DNA from: Selaginella moellendorffii
Lineage: Eukaryota; Plantae; Lycopodiophyta
Direction of reading: 5' to 3'
Assembly (NCBI RefSeq): GCF_000143415.4
Contig: NW_003314274.1
Span: 2,028,623-2,092,622 of the forward strand
Length of the DNA stretch: 64,000 bases
The notes beneath the pieces were generated by a model that saw only the letters and a program-made list of their open reading frames with translations, had not been told where the DNA came from and ran no database searches. Of this stretch, positions 48,576-61,107 are shown one piece after another. A program made the translations under genes and the position numbers. Each line of letters opens with the position of its first letter. Position 1 is the stretch's first letter.

Positions 48576-49418
48576 AACCCTAGCTCCTGGCAAATGAAAT
48601 GTGGCTACAAGTAGTCGCTCCTTACTCCTTGCCGCGAGCTCCATTTGAATGTATCCGACGTGGCGGAACCAAGGTTTTAGCTTTGAGCTCGGGCGAGATT
48701 CGAACCGGGGATGGCTGTGAGCACGCTGACGAAGGAATTGTGAGGCGTGGAGTGTGGAGCTCCCCTATTCTGTGCCCTTTGCTCCCCTGATCTAACCCCT
48801 CCCCACAAACCCTAGGGCTGCTGTTCGTGCGGCAAGTCAGAATATGCTCGTTTCGTTTCTCCAATCCGGAATTTAGGGTTCCTCCCGTGAAGAAGGAGCT
48901 GATCGGCGTGGTGTATGACACGCTGGGCGGGATCCAAATGTCCGGCACTCATTCGCCACCGCGGTTGTGGTGGGCGTGGAGATCACCGCCGTCGCCGCGG
49001 TCGCCGTCGCCGTCGCCGTCGCGGTTGATTTTGGAGGATCGGTAAGCTTTCCCAACAATCCGTTCTCGCAAATTTGAGGCAAAATTTCCATCGATCGATG
49101 CCTAGAGAATGGAATGGAACTGGATGCATGAATTTCTTGCGATTGCTTTCCTTGTTCCTGGAGCTCTTTGCTGCCTTTGTTCTCACAGATGTGTGGAGAT
49201 GTGGTGGTGGTGAGACCACTGGACATGGGGTAAGGCAATGCTCACAGAAGAAACCAAGCCTTACTATTCCTCCTCCAAGAGGTAGCGGTAGCTTCCGCTC
49301 CCTCGAATTTTTTCTTCTTGATTTCTTGTGTGTTTATTCCTTCTCTAAGCGGCTGGCTGGCCGGCTGGCCATCTTTTTGATCCTCTTGTTGGTTTGCTGG
49401 TTTCTTCCAGGGAAAGCG

Positions 49419-50483
49419 ATGGCAGCAATGGGAGGAATGTTTCGGGAATGAAGGCCGCCTCTCAATAACAGAACCGAAAAGCTCATTCACAAAGTTCGCT
49501 GGGGGGTGAGTTCTTTCTTTGTTTTACCAGTTTTTCCAGTGTTCTAGAGTTGTCTCAAGGATGAACTGTGATGTGCGTCGTGACAGTGCATAGAGCGGAA
49601 TTCGAGCTCAAGTGTGGCCATTATGTGAGTGTTAGAAATCCTTTCATACGTTCAAAGTTTCAAACTTTTTCATACCTTTTATCAGATACGAGGTTGAGAG
49701 GTTGATAGCACCGAGGCAGAAAGAAAGGTAACGAGCAAGTTTCCGAAGGTCCCATACGCACAAAAAACTAAACTTTGCTTGGAAACTCGCCTGCAGGAAG
49801 AAATACGAAAAGATACGAAGCTACTGCCAAGAAATCAAGCAATCACTCACGTCCAGAAGAGAAGGAGAGCATGGCATGGAAGAACAAGCAGAAGAAGAAG
49901 AACACGAACTCATGCCATTCTCCGAGAGCCAGATCGAAGCATTCAGCAGCATCGACGACAGCAGCGCGTTCTGGAAGAAAGGACCCAAGGCAGTGGGCGA
50001 CATAGTTACCTGGCAAAGGATCATCCGCCTGGACGCCGTCCGGATGAACGCCGAGTGGGTTCCATAGGCCAACGTGAAGGACGAGGAGACGTTCCAAAGT
50101 AGCCCGCAAGGCCGGTCTGTCCGACGACGAGCACCTGGAAACTTGCCGCCGCTACCGCCGCCAGGCTCGTCTCCATCCTCGAGGCCTACGCGCTCTACGA
50201 TCCGGACACGGGCTACTGCCAGGGATGAGTGGCTTGCTCTCGCCGTTCGTGGCGTTCATGGACGACGGCGCGGCACAGCTTCCGGCTGGGCATCCTGCGG
50301 CAGCTAAACGGGACCTCGGATATCATCAAGGTGGTGGGCCTGAGCACCTGGTGCCTCCGTGCTGTTCCGGTGACGTTCGAGCAGACGATATACCTGTGGG
50401 AGGTGATATCGGCCGAGGCCCGGAAGACGAAGAAGAATGTCTCGGGCTGCTGGCTCACAGACGAAGTAGCCATGAGTTTTTGA
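49419..50483 (+). pseudogene. TBC-domain Rab-GAP (Gyp7-like) pseudogene
   Basis: IRAQVWP, TWQRIIRLDAVRMNAEWVP*, RLVSILEAYALYDPDTGYCQGMSGLLSP and TFEQTIYLWEVI, with stops, frameshifts and deletions. Confidence 0.85.
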
Positions 50484-51377
50484 GAGACGCGGCTACGCCT
50501 GTCGCGGACGCTGCCGGGGCGCTTGTCCGGGCGACCTCGGCGTTTAGTCACGTAAAGCTCATTTCTTGGGCAATCGGCTAAAAGGGTAATGTTATATAAA
50601 AAGGATTACGTAGGGCAAGGTTTTGTGGGCATGGCACCAAAGGGCTCACGAAAGCGGGACAAGGTTCGTGTCATGGCGCCAACGTGGGCACCGGTAAAAG
50701 GCGCAGGCGGGCGATGTGGACAAGCCATATGGGCAGTTGCTCGGGACTGGCCACTGCTACTGCCAAAGGGATCAGTGGCAGAGGCTAGAGGGAATGAGGT
50801 TGAAAAGGCCATGGATTTGGGTAATATGGGTGTGAAGCTCAAGAACGAGAGTGAAGAGCGTGAGAACGAGAGTGAAGAGAGTGACAGCGAGAGTGAAGAG
50901 AGTGAGAGCGAGAGTTCTAGTGACGAGGACATTGACGAGGATGCCAAACTCCTCAAGGAGCTTGACAGATTGCATGCCAAAAAGGAGCACACAGAGGAGC
51001 ACACAGAGGAGCACAAAGAGGAGAAAACAGAGGAGCAATCAGTGCCAAGTATCCCTTTGATACTTATGCCCAAACACTGTGGCAAAGATTTAGCCACAGG
51101 GTATAAATTGTGTAAATAAATAGCCTTTTCAAACCTAATGGGAACACTGCTATTCACTAAAATTCTCCAACCCAAACAATGTGACAACTTTTTTTTTATA
51201 CTAGGACTTGCTCCAGGCCACTCTAACTCACTAAAGACTTCCTCAGGACTTTCAACACACTTTTGGATCATTGTTTTTCTACAGTTCATTAAAAACAACT
51301 TTAACATTCCATCTGTTGGTCTCATGATAAAGTTGTCATTGTCAATATCACTAGCCAAGTGTTGGGCATTCAACAAT

Positions 51378-51530
51378 ATTGAGGATTATATGTTTGTGAT
51401 GAGGCATTTTTTTTGGATTGGGATGAAGTTAGACATTAAGAAATATATATAATATATATATGGTTGTTTGACTTATTAGGCAATTGAGGTTGATCATTAA
51501 AAATTAACTACCCTTAATCATCCTTTACAT
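51378..51530 (+). mobile_element. Gypsy integrase zinc-binding fragment
   Basis: YMFVMRHFFWIGMKLDIKKY..C; homologous to the reverse complement of ~41590-41735. Confidence 0.6.
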
Positions 51531-52449
51531 ATATCATTGTTGTCATCATCTACTGCAATGTCTTCTTTTGCCTTTGTATAGTGATATTATCTCCTCTTTG
51601 TCCTCCTACAAAACATACCAATTGATTGGTTAATTTTGGTGCTTATAGGAGCCATATCTTCTATGTCTGATAGGGATTAAACTTTTATTGCTTTAACGTA
51701 GAAGTAGTTCTTATTAACTTTGGACTAACATCGATTGTTGAAGTAAATATACAACAACTTCTAAACATGATTTGTTCATAACTGATTATAAGATATATTA
51801 TGGATGAATTTCTGTGTGCTAAAGCTCTTTTTCGGTATCACACAAAAACAAAAAAGAAGAGAATAAAAAGAGGAAGAAAAAAGTAAACACAACTAAATCA
51901 GCTAAACCTAAGCACCCCACCTAACAACTTAGATACTATAGTCTAAGGTGCTACCTTGAAAACATCTTGGTCATTGGTGCCTTCAAGATTGTAAAAGATC
52001 TTGACTGGCCTTTGTCATTTAAAACATTGTGATTTGATTTTATCGTAGACAAAAGACATATTTGTTGAAATTTGAATCTATGCATTATAGGGAGGTGAAA
52101 GTTCTATACATATTTGAAGTCATTAGTGACATATGATATTTTATGCCTTGCTCATTCAAGTCAATTGAAGAAATAACTACAGCAATGCTACAAAATGCTA
52201 TAGCTTCTAGTGCGAAGTTATGCAGAAACTATATCCAGCACATGAGGCCTCAATGATGGGAACCATGAACCAAGGAAGAGGTGATAATGTAAATTAACAT
52301 ATCTATAAGACCTCTATAGAACTTTGGGTTCTAGATTTAACATTGAAGTGTTGCACATAAAGCCACTTACTATGTAAAAATAAATTGCAAAAAATTTATA
52401 GCATGTTGGGAGAGATTAATAGTGGGGGAGAGAGGTAGTTTCAAAGTGA

Positions 52450-53330
52450 ACACCACCAATGTCTATGAAGTTAATGTTGAGGAAAGATGAGGATCCAATC
52501 TTAAATGGTTTGTTGTGAAACTTGTAATAAGTTCTATAGTGAGATAATGGATATAGTAGAAGTTGTTGACTACTAAATAAAAACTACAAGTCCACAATAC
52601 AATTCAGCAAAGCAATGGCCACTAGATACAAAGAGGCTATTGGTAATCAAACACCATAAACTATTTTGTGAAATATCACAAATTTAATGCTTAGTTGTGA
52701 AAAAACTAATGAGAAATGAGAATATAAAGTAAAATCAAGATTGATTGCCTATCAATAGCTGTAGAAGTAGATGTATTTGGAGTGGTAGATGTTAGCTAAA
52801 TTGAATAAATGGAAAGTTTCCATGCAATTCTTGTGCAACAGAATGCCATCCTATTATATGGTAAGTATGCAAAACATTTTAACATACCTATGAAAACATA
52901 TGATAGGTTTTTATAGTTAAAAGAAGCATTAAAAGGCAAATAAAATGATAGAACATACCACTAATGTTATGGGAACCACTAACATTTACATCCACTGCAA
53001 TTTTATGTTTTTTATAAAATAAATTATATGATAGATAAAAACTATTAGATACCAGCAATGTTGTCTGTCATTGGCTGGTGATACAAGGAAGACACTCTCA
53101 AGCCAAGGTTATTTTTGTTGACATTGTTCTCAACCATTGCTTTTGGAAGTAAATTTGATCCTATTGGATATATGGTAAGGCAAGGCAAATGTCTATAAAA
53201 ACCTTGCAACATTTGTGTTGACAGTACATCAAAAGATATTAAGCAAGTGTTTAAACATCTTATAATGTAGTTGAAGATATAGTAATTTGATGGGGAGCAC
53301 AATAGCATTCCTAATATTTAATATGTCCTT
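52450..53330 (+). mobile_element. Possible decayed hAT (DUF659-type) transposase
   Basis: Weak remnants only (VEVVD, FVDIVLNHCFW..DPI..VY); no ORF and no TIRs identified. Confidence 0.3.
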
Positions 53331-53639
53331 TGTTTGCTTCTATTATAACAACCTAATGGTAGAGATGCAAACTCCAATAGCACACTTGACAATAGTGGTA
53401 TACACTATTATTTTGTTTATTTTGATAACTTTTGACTGTTTATGACTAACATTGACAAAAGTCACTCGATGCATTTTAAAATTCTTTTATCAACCCTTCC
53501 TATAAACAAGCAAGCCATAGTTGCCTTCTTTGATTTTTCATATGTATCTATGAGTCTATTCTCTAAACTTTCCAAAGATATAAAAAATAAAGAAATAGAG
53601 ATAAAAATATTTGAGCTCTTAGATGATTGATTCCTCTAA

Positions 53640-55070
53640 GATTCTTAAGAAATTTTCTTAAATTTTCAAGTACACATGAACAAGAGAGAACCCACTTAAA
53701 TATATTATCATAAACAAAGAAGGAATTTTAAATTCTTAATAAAAATTATGTACAAAACCCACTTAAAATCTCTATTGAAATTTTAAATTAGAAACAGAAA
53801 AAATGATTTAAATTTACAATAAAAATTATATAAACTTTCTAGATTACTATCTTATGACTTTTAAAATCATACAATATGAAAAATTGGAACCACTTTAAAA
53901 ACATTTAACTATGAGACCCTACATTTAAATAGTTGTAATTAAAAATAAATATAGCTGATATATATACAATACTTATGTTACCCAACTTCATTCTTATTTT
54001 TATTTCTGGCTTTCTACTTATTTTTTAATGTAAATTTAAAATTGATTACACTTTAAAAACAATTATTCAACCTTTCTAGATTTGAATATAAAAATAAAAT
54101 TTCTTGGAACCATTTTAAATATATATAAAAACAAAACTTTCATTAAAATAACTACAATTTAAATTAAATATAAGTAGTATATATATAGTACTCATGTTGG
54201 CCAAACTTCCTAATGCATTCATATTCATTTTATATTCTCTTTTGTGTTTGAATTCTTTCTTAAATCGTTAAGGTCCAAAATGCAAACACTTATTATATAA
54301 TGATGAAACGAATATAAATTAAAATATCTTTATAAAGTTTATATTATGTTTAAGAGATCCTAATTCACCATTAAAGTGCATTAATACTAAAGAAGCATTA
54401 TTCACTTAATCCTTAATATTCTCCTAAATATTCTATTTTATCAAATACTAAAAATTTACTCTAAATTTTAAAATTCCTTTATTAGCTTTCCAATAAATCT
54501 ATAAGCCACACATTACCATTTTTTATTTCTCATGTGTATTCATCAATATGTCCTTTAAAGTTTCCACTGATATAAAAAAGAGAAGAAAATTTAACTTTTA
54601 TTTTTCAAAGATTTTCAAGTAAATTCCCCTAAATTTTCAAATGCATGTGAGCAACAAGGAACCCACTCAAAATCCTATATCATAAAAATATAAATAATTT
54701 AAAATTATTAATATAAAGTAAATAAAAACCCACTTAAAATATTTATTAAAATTTAAAATTGGAAATTAAAAAATGATTTAAATTCACAATAAAATCTGTA
54801 TAACCTTTCTAGATTACTTTATTGCTTTTAAAACCATGCAACATTAAAATAAAATTTTTTGAAACTATTTTAAAAATTAAATAGTTATTTTTAGATAATT
54901 GAGTATATATATAGTGCAAAATGTTCACAATAAAAATTAAATAAAAAACCAAAAATAGAAAGAGGATTAATAAAACCTATATAACTACTTGTGGTTTATG
55001 TAGCCAAACTTTGGAGTGCATTTGATTTCATTTTTCATTTTCTCTTTTTTTTTCAAATTATTTTCTAAAT
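53640..55070. repeat. Very AT-rich region with diverged direct repeats
   Basis: 53640-53870 resembles 54610-54840 (AACCCACT(T/C)AAA...CTTTCTAGATTAC), and 54195-54260 resembles 55000-55070. Confidence 0.65.
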
Positions 55071-55329
55071 CATTGAAGTATTTTTGTTATTTCATTTTTT
55101 TTTTTAAATTCTTTACTAAACTCCAAAACAGACCCTTCTTTTACAACTATAAAATGGACATTTGGACAAGCAATAATATTAATTTCATGGGCAAAATTAC
55201 GTGTAACTACAAAACAAATGTTTCTGAAGAGATCTTAATCTACCATTAAAGTCTCACAAAGCAAATGTTTCTTGGTTGACATGCATGTGGTGGTGATCAA
55301 ACTGGCTGCACAACATGCGTCTTTGGCAG

Positions 55330-55610
55330 TGGAGAAGTTAAACCGAGACTCTCGAAATGGTTTGGACTCACAGGTTTTCAACCTGGAAAACAATAAATTA
55401 TTTACAACAGCCACAACTAGCTTGTCCTGTTACCGGGTAGTCTTTTAAGTAGCCATGTCCTCCATGAAGTTGCAATGCATCAAGCAAGCATCAGTGCGAA
55501 CCTGAGAAAGGAACAAGCAAAAATGTTTAGAGCCAAGCAATGGGCACAACAACCTTTTCGCCATTGCAGCACAAGCCGAGGCTTTCAGCAGCGGCATTTA
55601 ACAAAGGTGA
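55330..55610 (-). pseudogene. Second acyl-CoA dehydrogenase 3' fragment
   Basis: CAAMAK|RFA.DAC..DALQLHGGHGYLKDYP|VENL; homologous to 30017-30215 including an intron. Confidence 0.8.
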
Positions 55611-55777
55611 GCGTCAAAAGCACGAGAAAAGTACTTACGTATTTCTTTCTCCCAGCTCGCTGCGAAGATCATTTTAATGCTGCTGTTTGTTGGTTGGAAA
55701 GAAAAGTTAAAACACCGCCGATGGTTTCCATCCCAACTGTGCTTGAACAACCCGGGAGTCCAGATGGATGCACTCTC

Positions 55778-58204
55778 TCACTGACGATCCACTTCAACCA
55801 TGTGGATGTCATTAGGCGAGAGTAGCACGCCTGGAGTTTGTTGAGCAAAGGCGTCCGGGCTGTCCGGGAACAAACTCGTAGATATACCACCTCCGAGCGA
55901 TGAGTTCCCGTTTAACAGCAGGCTTTGCCCGTGCGCGAACGTCCCATCTACAGCTCCCAATGAATCGGCCTAACAGGAGAGTACACGAGCAAATTTTAAT
56001 GCAAAAACAAGTCTTCCACTGCAATGAAGAATCGCTCACCCAATACAGGTCCAAAGCCGATGAGCGGAGCACGTCCGCGTTTGACGATGAGCGGAACAAA
56101 TCAAAGCTGGATGTGCCTTGCGACGTCCCGAGTAGCGAACAAGCGGCAGATTCCTGGATAAAACGCTGGAGTAAATCAAACACAGAGAGACGCTGGAAGC
56201 ATGCATACCCGAGCTGGTGGCACAACTCGAATGTGCTCCTTCGTTTTAAAAGAAAACGCATCGCATGTTTCTTCGCCTCCCCACACCGAAGGCGTCAAAG
56301 AATATCGATCGGCGTCCTGCTTGGAGGCGTCATTCAATACAATGAAGCGATCAACCGAAGAAGCTCCCAGTAATTCCTGCAAAAGCCCGCAAGATTTGGA
56401 ATAAAGAAGTACGTCGAACTGATAGCTTACCTCATCTCGCCAAAGCCGCTGGCCGAAGCCATCCGTACTTCTATCATACAACCAGCTACAGCCAGGTACT
56501 TGAGAATCCAGTTGAGAATGATCTTCATGTCTCTCGATGACAGTGACTGGCTCCGCACCAGATTTTGAACTCTTTTCACAAACATTTTGGCACCAGCCAT
56601 ACCTGTCCAGCATAGCATGGTGGCAGTGAAGTTAGCAACTCCAAACTAAAGAACGCAAAAGAAAAAACAGGCATTACCTCAAGCGAAACACTGAAGGTCT
56701 TCCTACGGCATCGTAAACGTCTGCAGCACACACCACATCTTTCGAGTTCCAGCTTGTAGAGGAAGGCTGTCGAATGAAAGGATAGAGACGAATATCTCCA
56801 GTAGCCACAGAGCAGCGACCCCATTTCTGAGACAAGTGCTGTAGCACAGAGCTTATGCTTTTCGAGGCCTTGAGTGTCAACTCAAGGTGTGGATTGTGAC
56901 CCTCCTGTAGCAAACAATATTTGTTAAAAATGGTTGTAAGCTGAATACTCAAGTTTTTAAGATACCTGCTCCAGTGCTGTTTTAGTCTTGTCGTCAATTG
57001 GGAAAAGCTGCAACTTGATTTTCAAAACCGCAGTCTCCATTTGAGGAACAGATGTGCTAGACTTCAAGTTAGGCTCAGAGGGCGTGGGTGTTGATACAGA
57101 GTTCTGCTTCTCCATATTATTTTCTTCCGGCTTTCCACCTTCAATGATCTTGCTATTTAGCTCGGATTCAGGGGGCTCCAAGACGCTATCTGCATACAAA
57201 TTTTTATTTAACACACATAAAAACCTGCAAACAAGAAGCGTACCACTAGCTGCTTTAACTTGAGGCCTCACTGGAGCTCTCGTGAACGATCTTTTCCTGA
57301 CTTCACCAGCAACAACACTGGCAGGTTTGTCCGTGCTTGTTGAGGGAGCTTTAACCTTCTTTTTAGCTTTCTTCCTATCCTTCAGACGATGTTGCTCCTA
57401 AATTAGACATAAAAATGCATCAGGAGAGTCCACAGTAATGAACATACATACCAAAGCAGTCGCAATAGCCTTCAAACGCCGAGGCTTCAAATGAAGCTTA
57501 GAAGACGAGCACTTAAACTTCTCCAAAAGCGACCACCTGAAACAGAACATTTAAATGTCTCAGACAAATGAGATCCACCTCACCAGCACAACATCGCCGA
57601 ATCTACATCTTTGGAGTTCCTCGCATCTATCAAAAGATCTGATCGCAGGAACTTGTTCATGCGCTTAATCAAGCGATAGTAGTAATGCCGGACCTAAAAG
57701 AAGATATAAAGCTAAACAGCATACTTGCATCCAGACAACGCACCTGATCCTTATTTTTGCTCACAACTTGAGATGTGATTTTCTCGAAATCCTGCAAATA
57801 GTACTCAAAGTTCTTTACATTGGAAAGTGTCACTGCGATAGTACCTTGCCAACTTGTCGTAACGCGGAAAAAAACTTTTCCTCTTCTTCATGAGTCCACG
57901 CTGCCCATTGCCGCGTCCTTTTTCCTGAAAGAACAAAGATAAAGAGTCAAAATGTCCGGTCCATGTAAAAAAAACCAAGAACTAGAACTAGAACAACATA
58001 AAAAAACCCGGCCTCCCAAGAAAAGACGGTGCCTTACATGAAATACAGCGGCAATCTTCTCTGTTTCTTGGCAAAAACTGAGATTCAACAAGAGTAGAGC
58101 TAAATTCTGCCGAGCTAGGACTCCATACCTGATTCGACTGGCTCCTGCTGCTCCGGAGTAGTGTCTTGGCTCAGAGCCGGCGAAGAATCCGTGGTCTCCA
58201 GCAT
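55778..58204 (-). CDS. TKI1: TSL-kinase interacting protein 1 (SANT/Myb, Cramped-like), multi-exon
   Basis: QWAAWTHEEEEKFFSALRQVGKDFEKIT..KNKDQVRHYYYRLIKRMNK, KIKLQLFPID, GHNPHLELTL..K.ISSVL.HL..KWG, FRLRYGW and LYW|ADSLG; TGA at 55778-55780. Confidence 0.88.
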
Positions 58205-58379
58205 GAATATCGTAGCCGCATCAACGAAGACCCCCCCGCACAGTGCTCTACCCTAGAAAATCGACTGAGACCCTGGATTTCCAAGCCTGGAAGCTACGCG
58301 ATCCCTGACTCCCTGCGAGCGCCTAGATCCAGCCTCCGGCTCCTCCACGAATGACCTAAAACAACGAGAGAGGGAAAGA

Positions 58380-58556
58380 GTTTGGGCGGGCTTTTGGACG
58401 GGCCGGTTTTCTTGGTACTTTTTGAAAAGGCAAAGCCAGATTGTATGCCAGCTAAGCAGAGCTACACTGCCACGTCTGCATAATATCCAACCTGGTATCT
58501 CACGTGGAGATTGAAGTGGTTTTTGCGTGGCACAATCGCGAGTGCTTAAACCCTAA
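58380..58556. promoter_or_regulatory. Short divergent promoter between TKI1 and ATP10
   Basis: About 360 bp between start codons, with TGGGC/GGGCC motifs, CACGTG at 58501-58506 and telo-box AAACCCTAA at ~58548-58556. Confidence 0.5.
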
Positions 58557-58563
58557 TCTCGAA

Positions 58564-59710
58564 ATGGGGAGTATCATGAGGGCGTCAATCGCGCGCCTTG
58601 CGAATGCGCTTGGATCCGGCGGAGCGCTCGCCGGTAGGATGATTCGCGAGGAGCAGTCCGTGCGGCACGACCAGGCGCGATTCTTTTGGTCGATTTCAAG
58701 AGTAAGTTTTCCAATATCATGATCTGCAGGCCTAAATTCTTTATCCCAATTGTATCAGGCGATCAGCAGGGGTGATCGCAAAGCTGCGAATCTCAAGGAG
58801 CGAGCCAAGATGTACGTGAATTCCTCCCTGCATTTCTTCTTTCTTTGCAAAGGAATTTTTGACGCGGTGTCCTACATTTCCATTCTTTAGTGCAGAATGG
58901 AGGATATCGATCAAGGCTATTTCTTTGACTTCAAGGACTTCAAGAAACACAGTGGAAAGGTATGCATTCTCTTTTTAAAATTTTTAATTTTGTTCTTGAG
59001 CTTTGTTCTTGAGCAACTTTGCTTCTTTCAGGTAGTAGCGACGAGCACAGCGCTAGACCCTCCAGCATCAGCGACCATCTTTCCAAAGTCGACAGTCTAC
59101 ACTCCAACGAGGGAGTCATCCATCTTTCCATTGAACAGAAACTCTTGCGTTACGTTGGTGTGCTTGTCATTCCGGAACAGTGCCGAGGTATACATCGTAG
59201 AAAACAAAATCCAAGACTAAAGCTTCGCTTTTTTTCGCAGGCAATGGTGGATTCCTGGGTCTCGCCACTTCGAGAAGCTTTCCCTTCCACGAGTGACATC
59301 CAAGTCATTGAGGTCGGGTCGATTTTCACGACTATAAACATTCTAACGTTTCTAGTTTCATTGCAGCTTTCATGGGTGGAATCCGGAGTTTTATCCTTCG
59401 TCCCGGTGAGGCACTTGTTTCTCATGTGCATAAACTCGTCCAAAGCGTGCACGAAGGCTGACAGGAAGTTACTCTACGCATTTGGTGATTCTTACGACTT
59501 CAGGAAAGAGCTACGCGTTACGAATCGATTAACTGGGTAAGCGAAAGAACTGTCATTCTCGAGACAAATCTGTGACTTTGAGTTCTTCCCAGGTATATGT
59601 TTCTGGTCGATCGCGCTGGTCGCATAAGATGGAGATCTAGTGGTCAAGCCTCGCCTGAGGAGGCCTCCCATCTGGTATCGTGCACAGCAAGTTTGCTGCA
59701 AGAATCATAG
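58564..59710 (+). CDS. ATP10: Mitochondrial ATP synthase assembly factor ATP10, multi-exon
   Basis: Presequence-like start, then GYFFDFKDFKKHSGK, TLVCLSFR, MVDSW..P and YAFGDSYDFRKEL.V.NRLTGYMFLVDR.GRIRW..SG.AS.EE. Confidence 0.9.
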
Positions 59711-59825
59711 CTTGGAACGATGTGGGCTTGGAGCTTATTCAAAGAAAGAACTTTCATTGCATTTACTCGGGCTGAATAGAAGTTAGTCCCTCAAGCAAAA
59801 AACGAAGAGCAACACTGCTGAAAGT

Positions 59826-61034
<1,209 letters not shown>

Positions 61035-61107
61035 CTAGGTAGAGCAAGTAGAAGAAAAGAGACTAGAAATTAGGGTTCTTGGCAAGAGAGGTTTCTTCAT
61101 TGGTTTA

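Noticed and set aside
50860-51035. CWC15-like splicing factor
   Set aside because: The similarity is limited to a low-complexity acidic tract; the conserved termini are absent.
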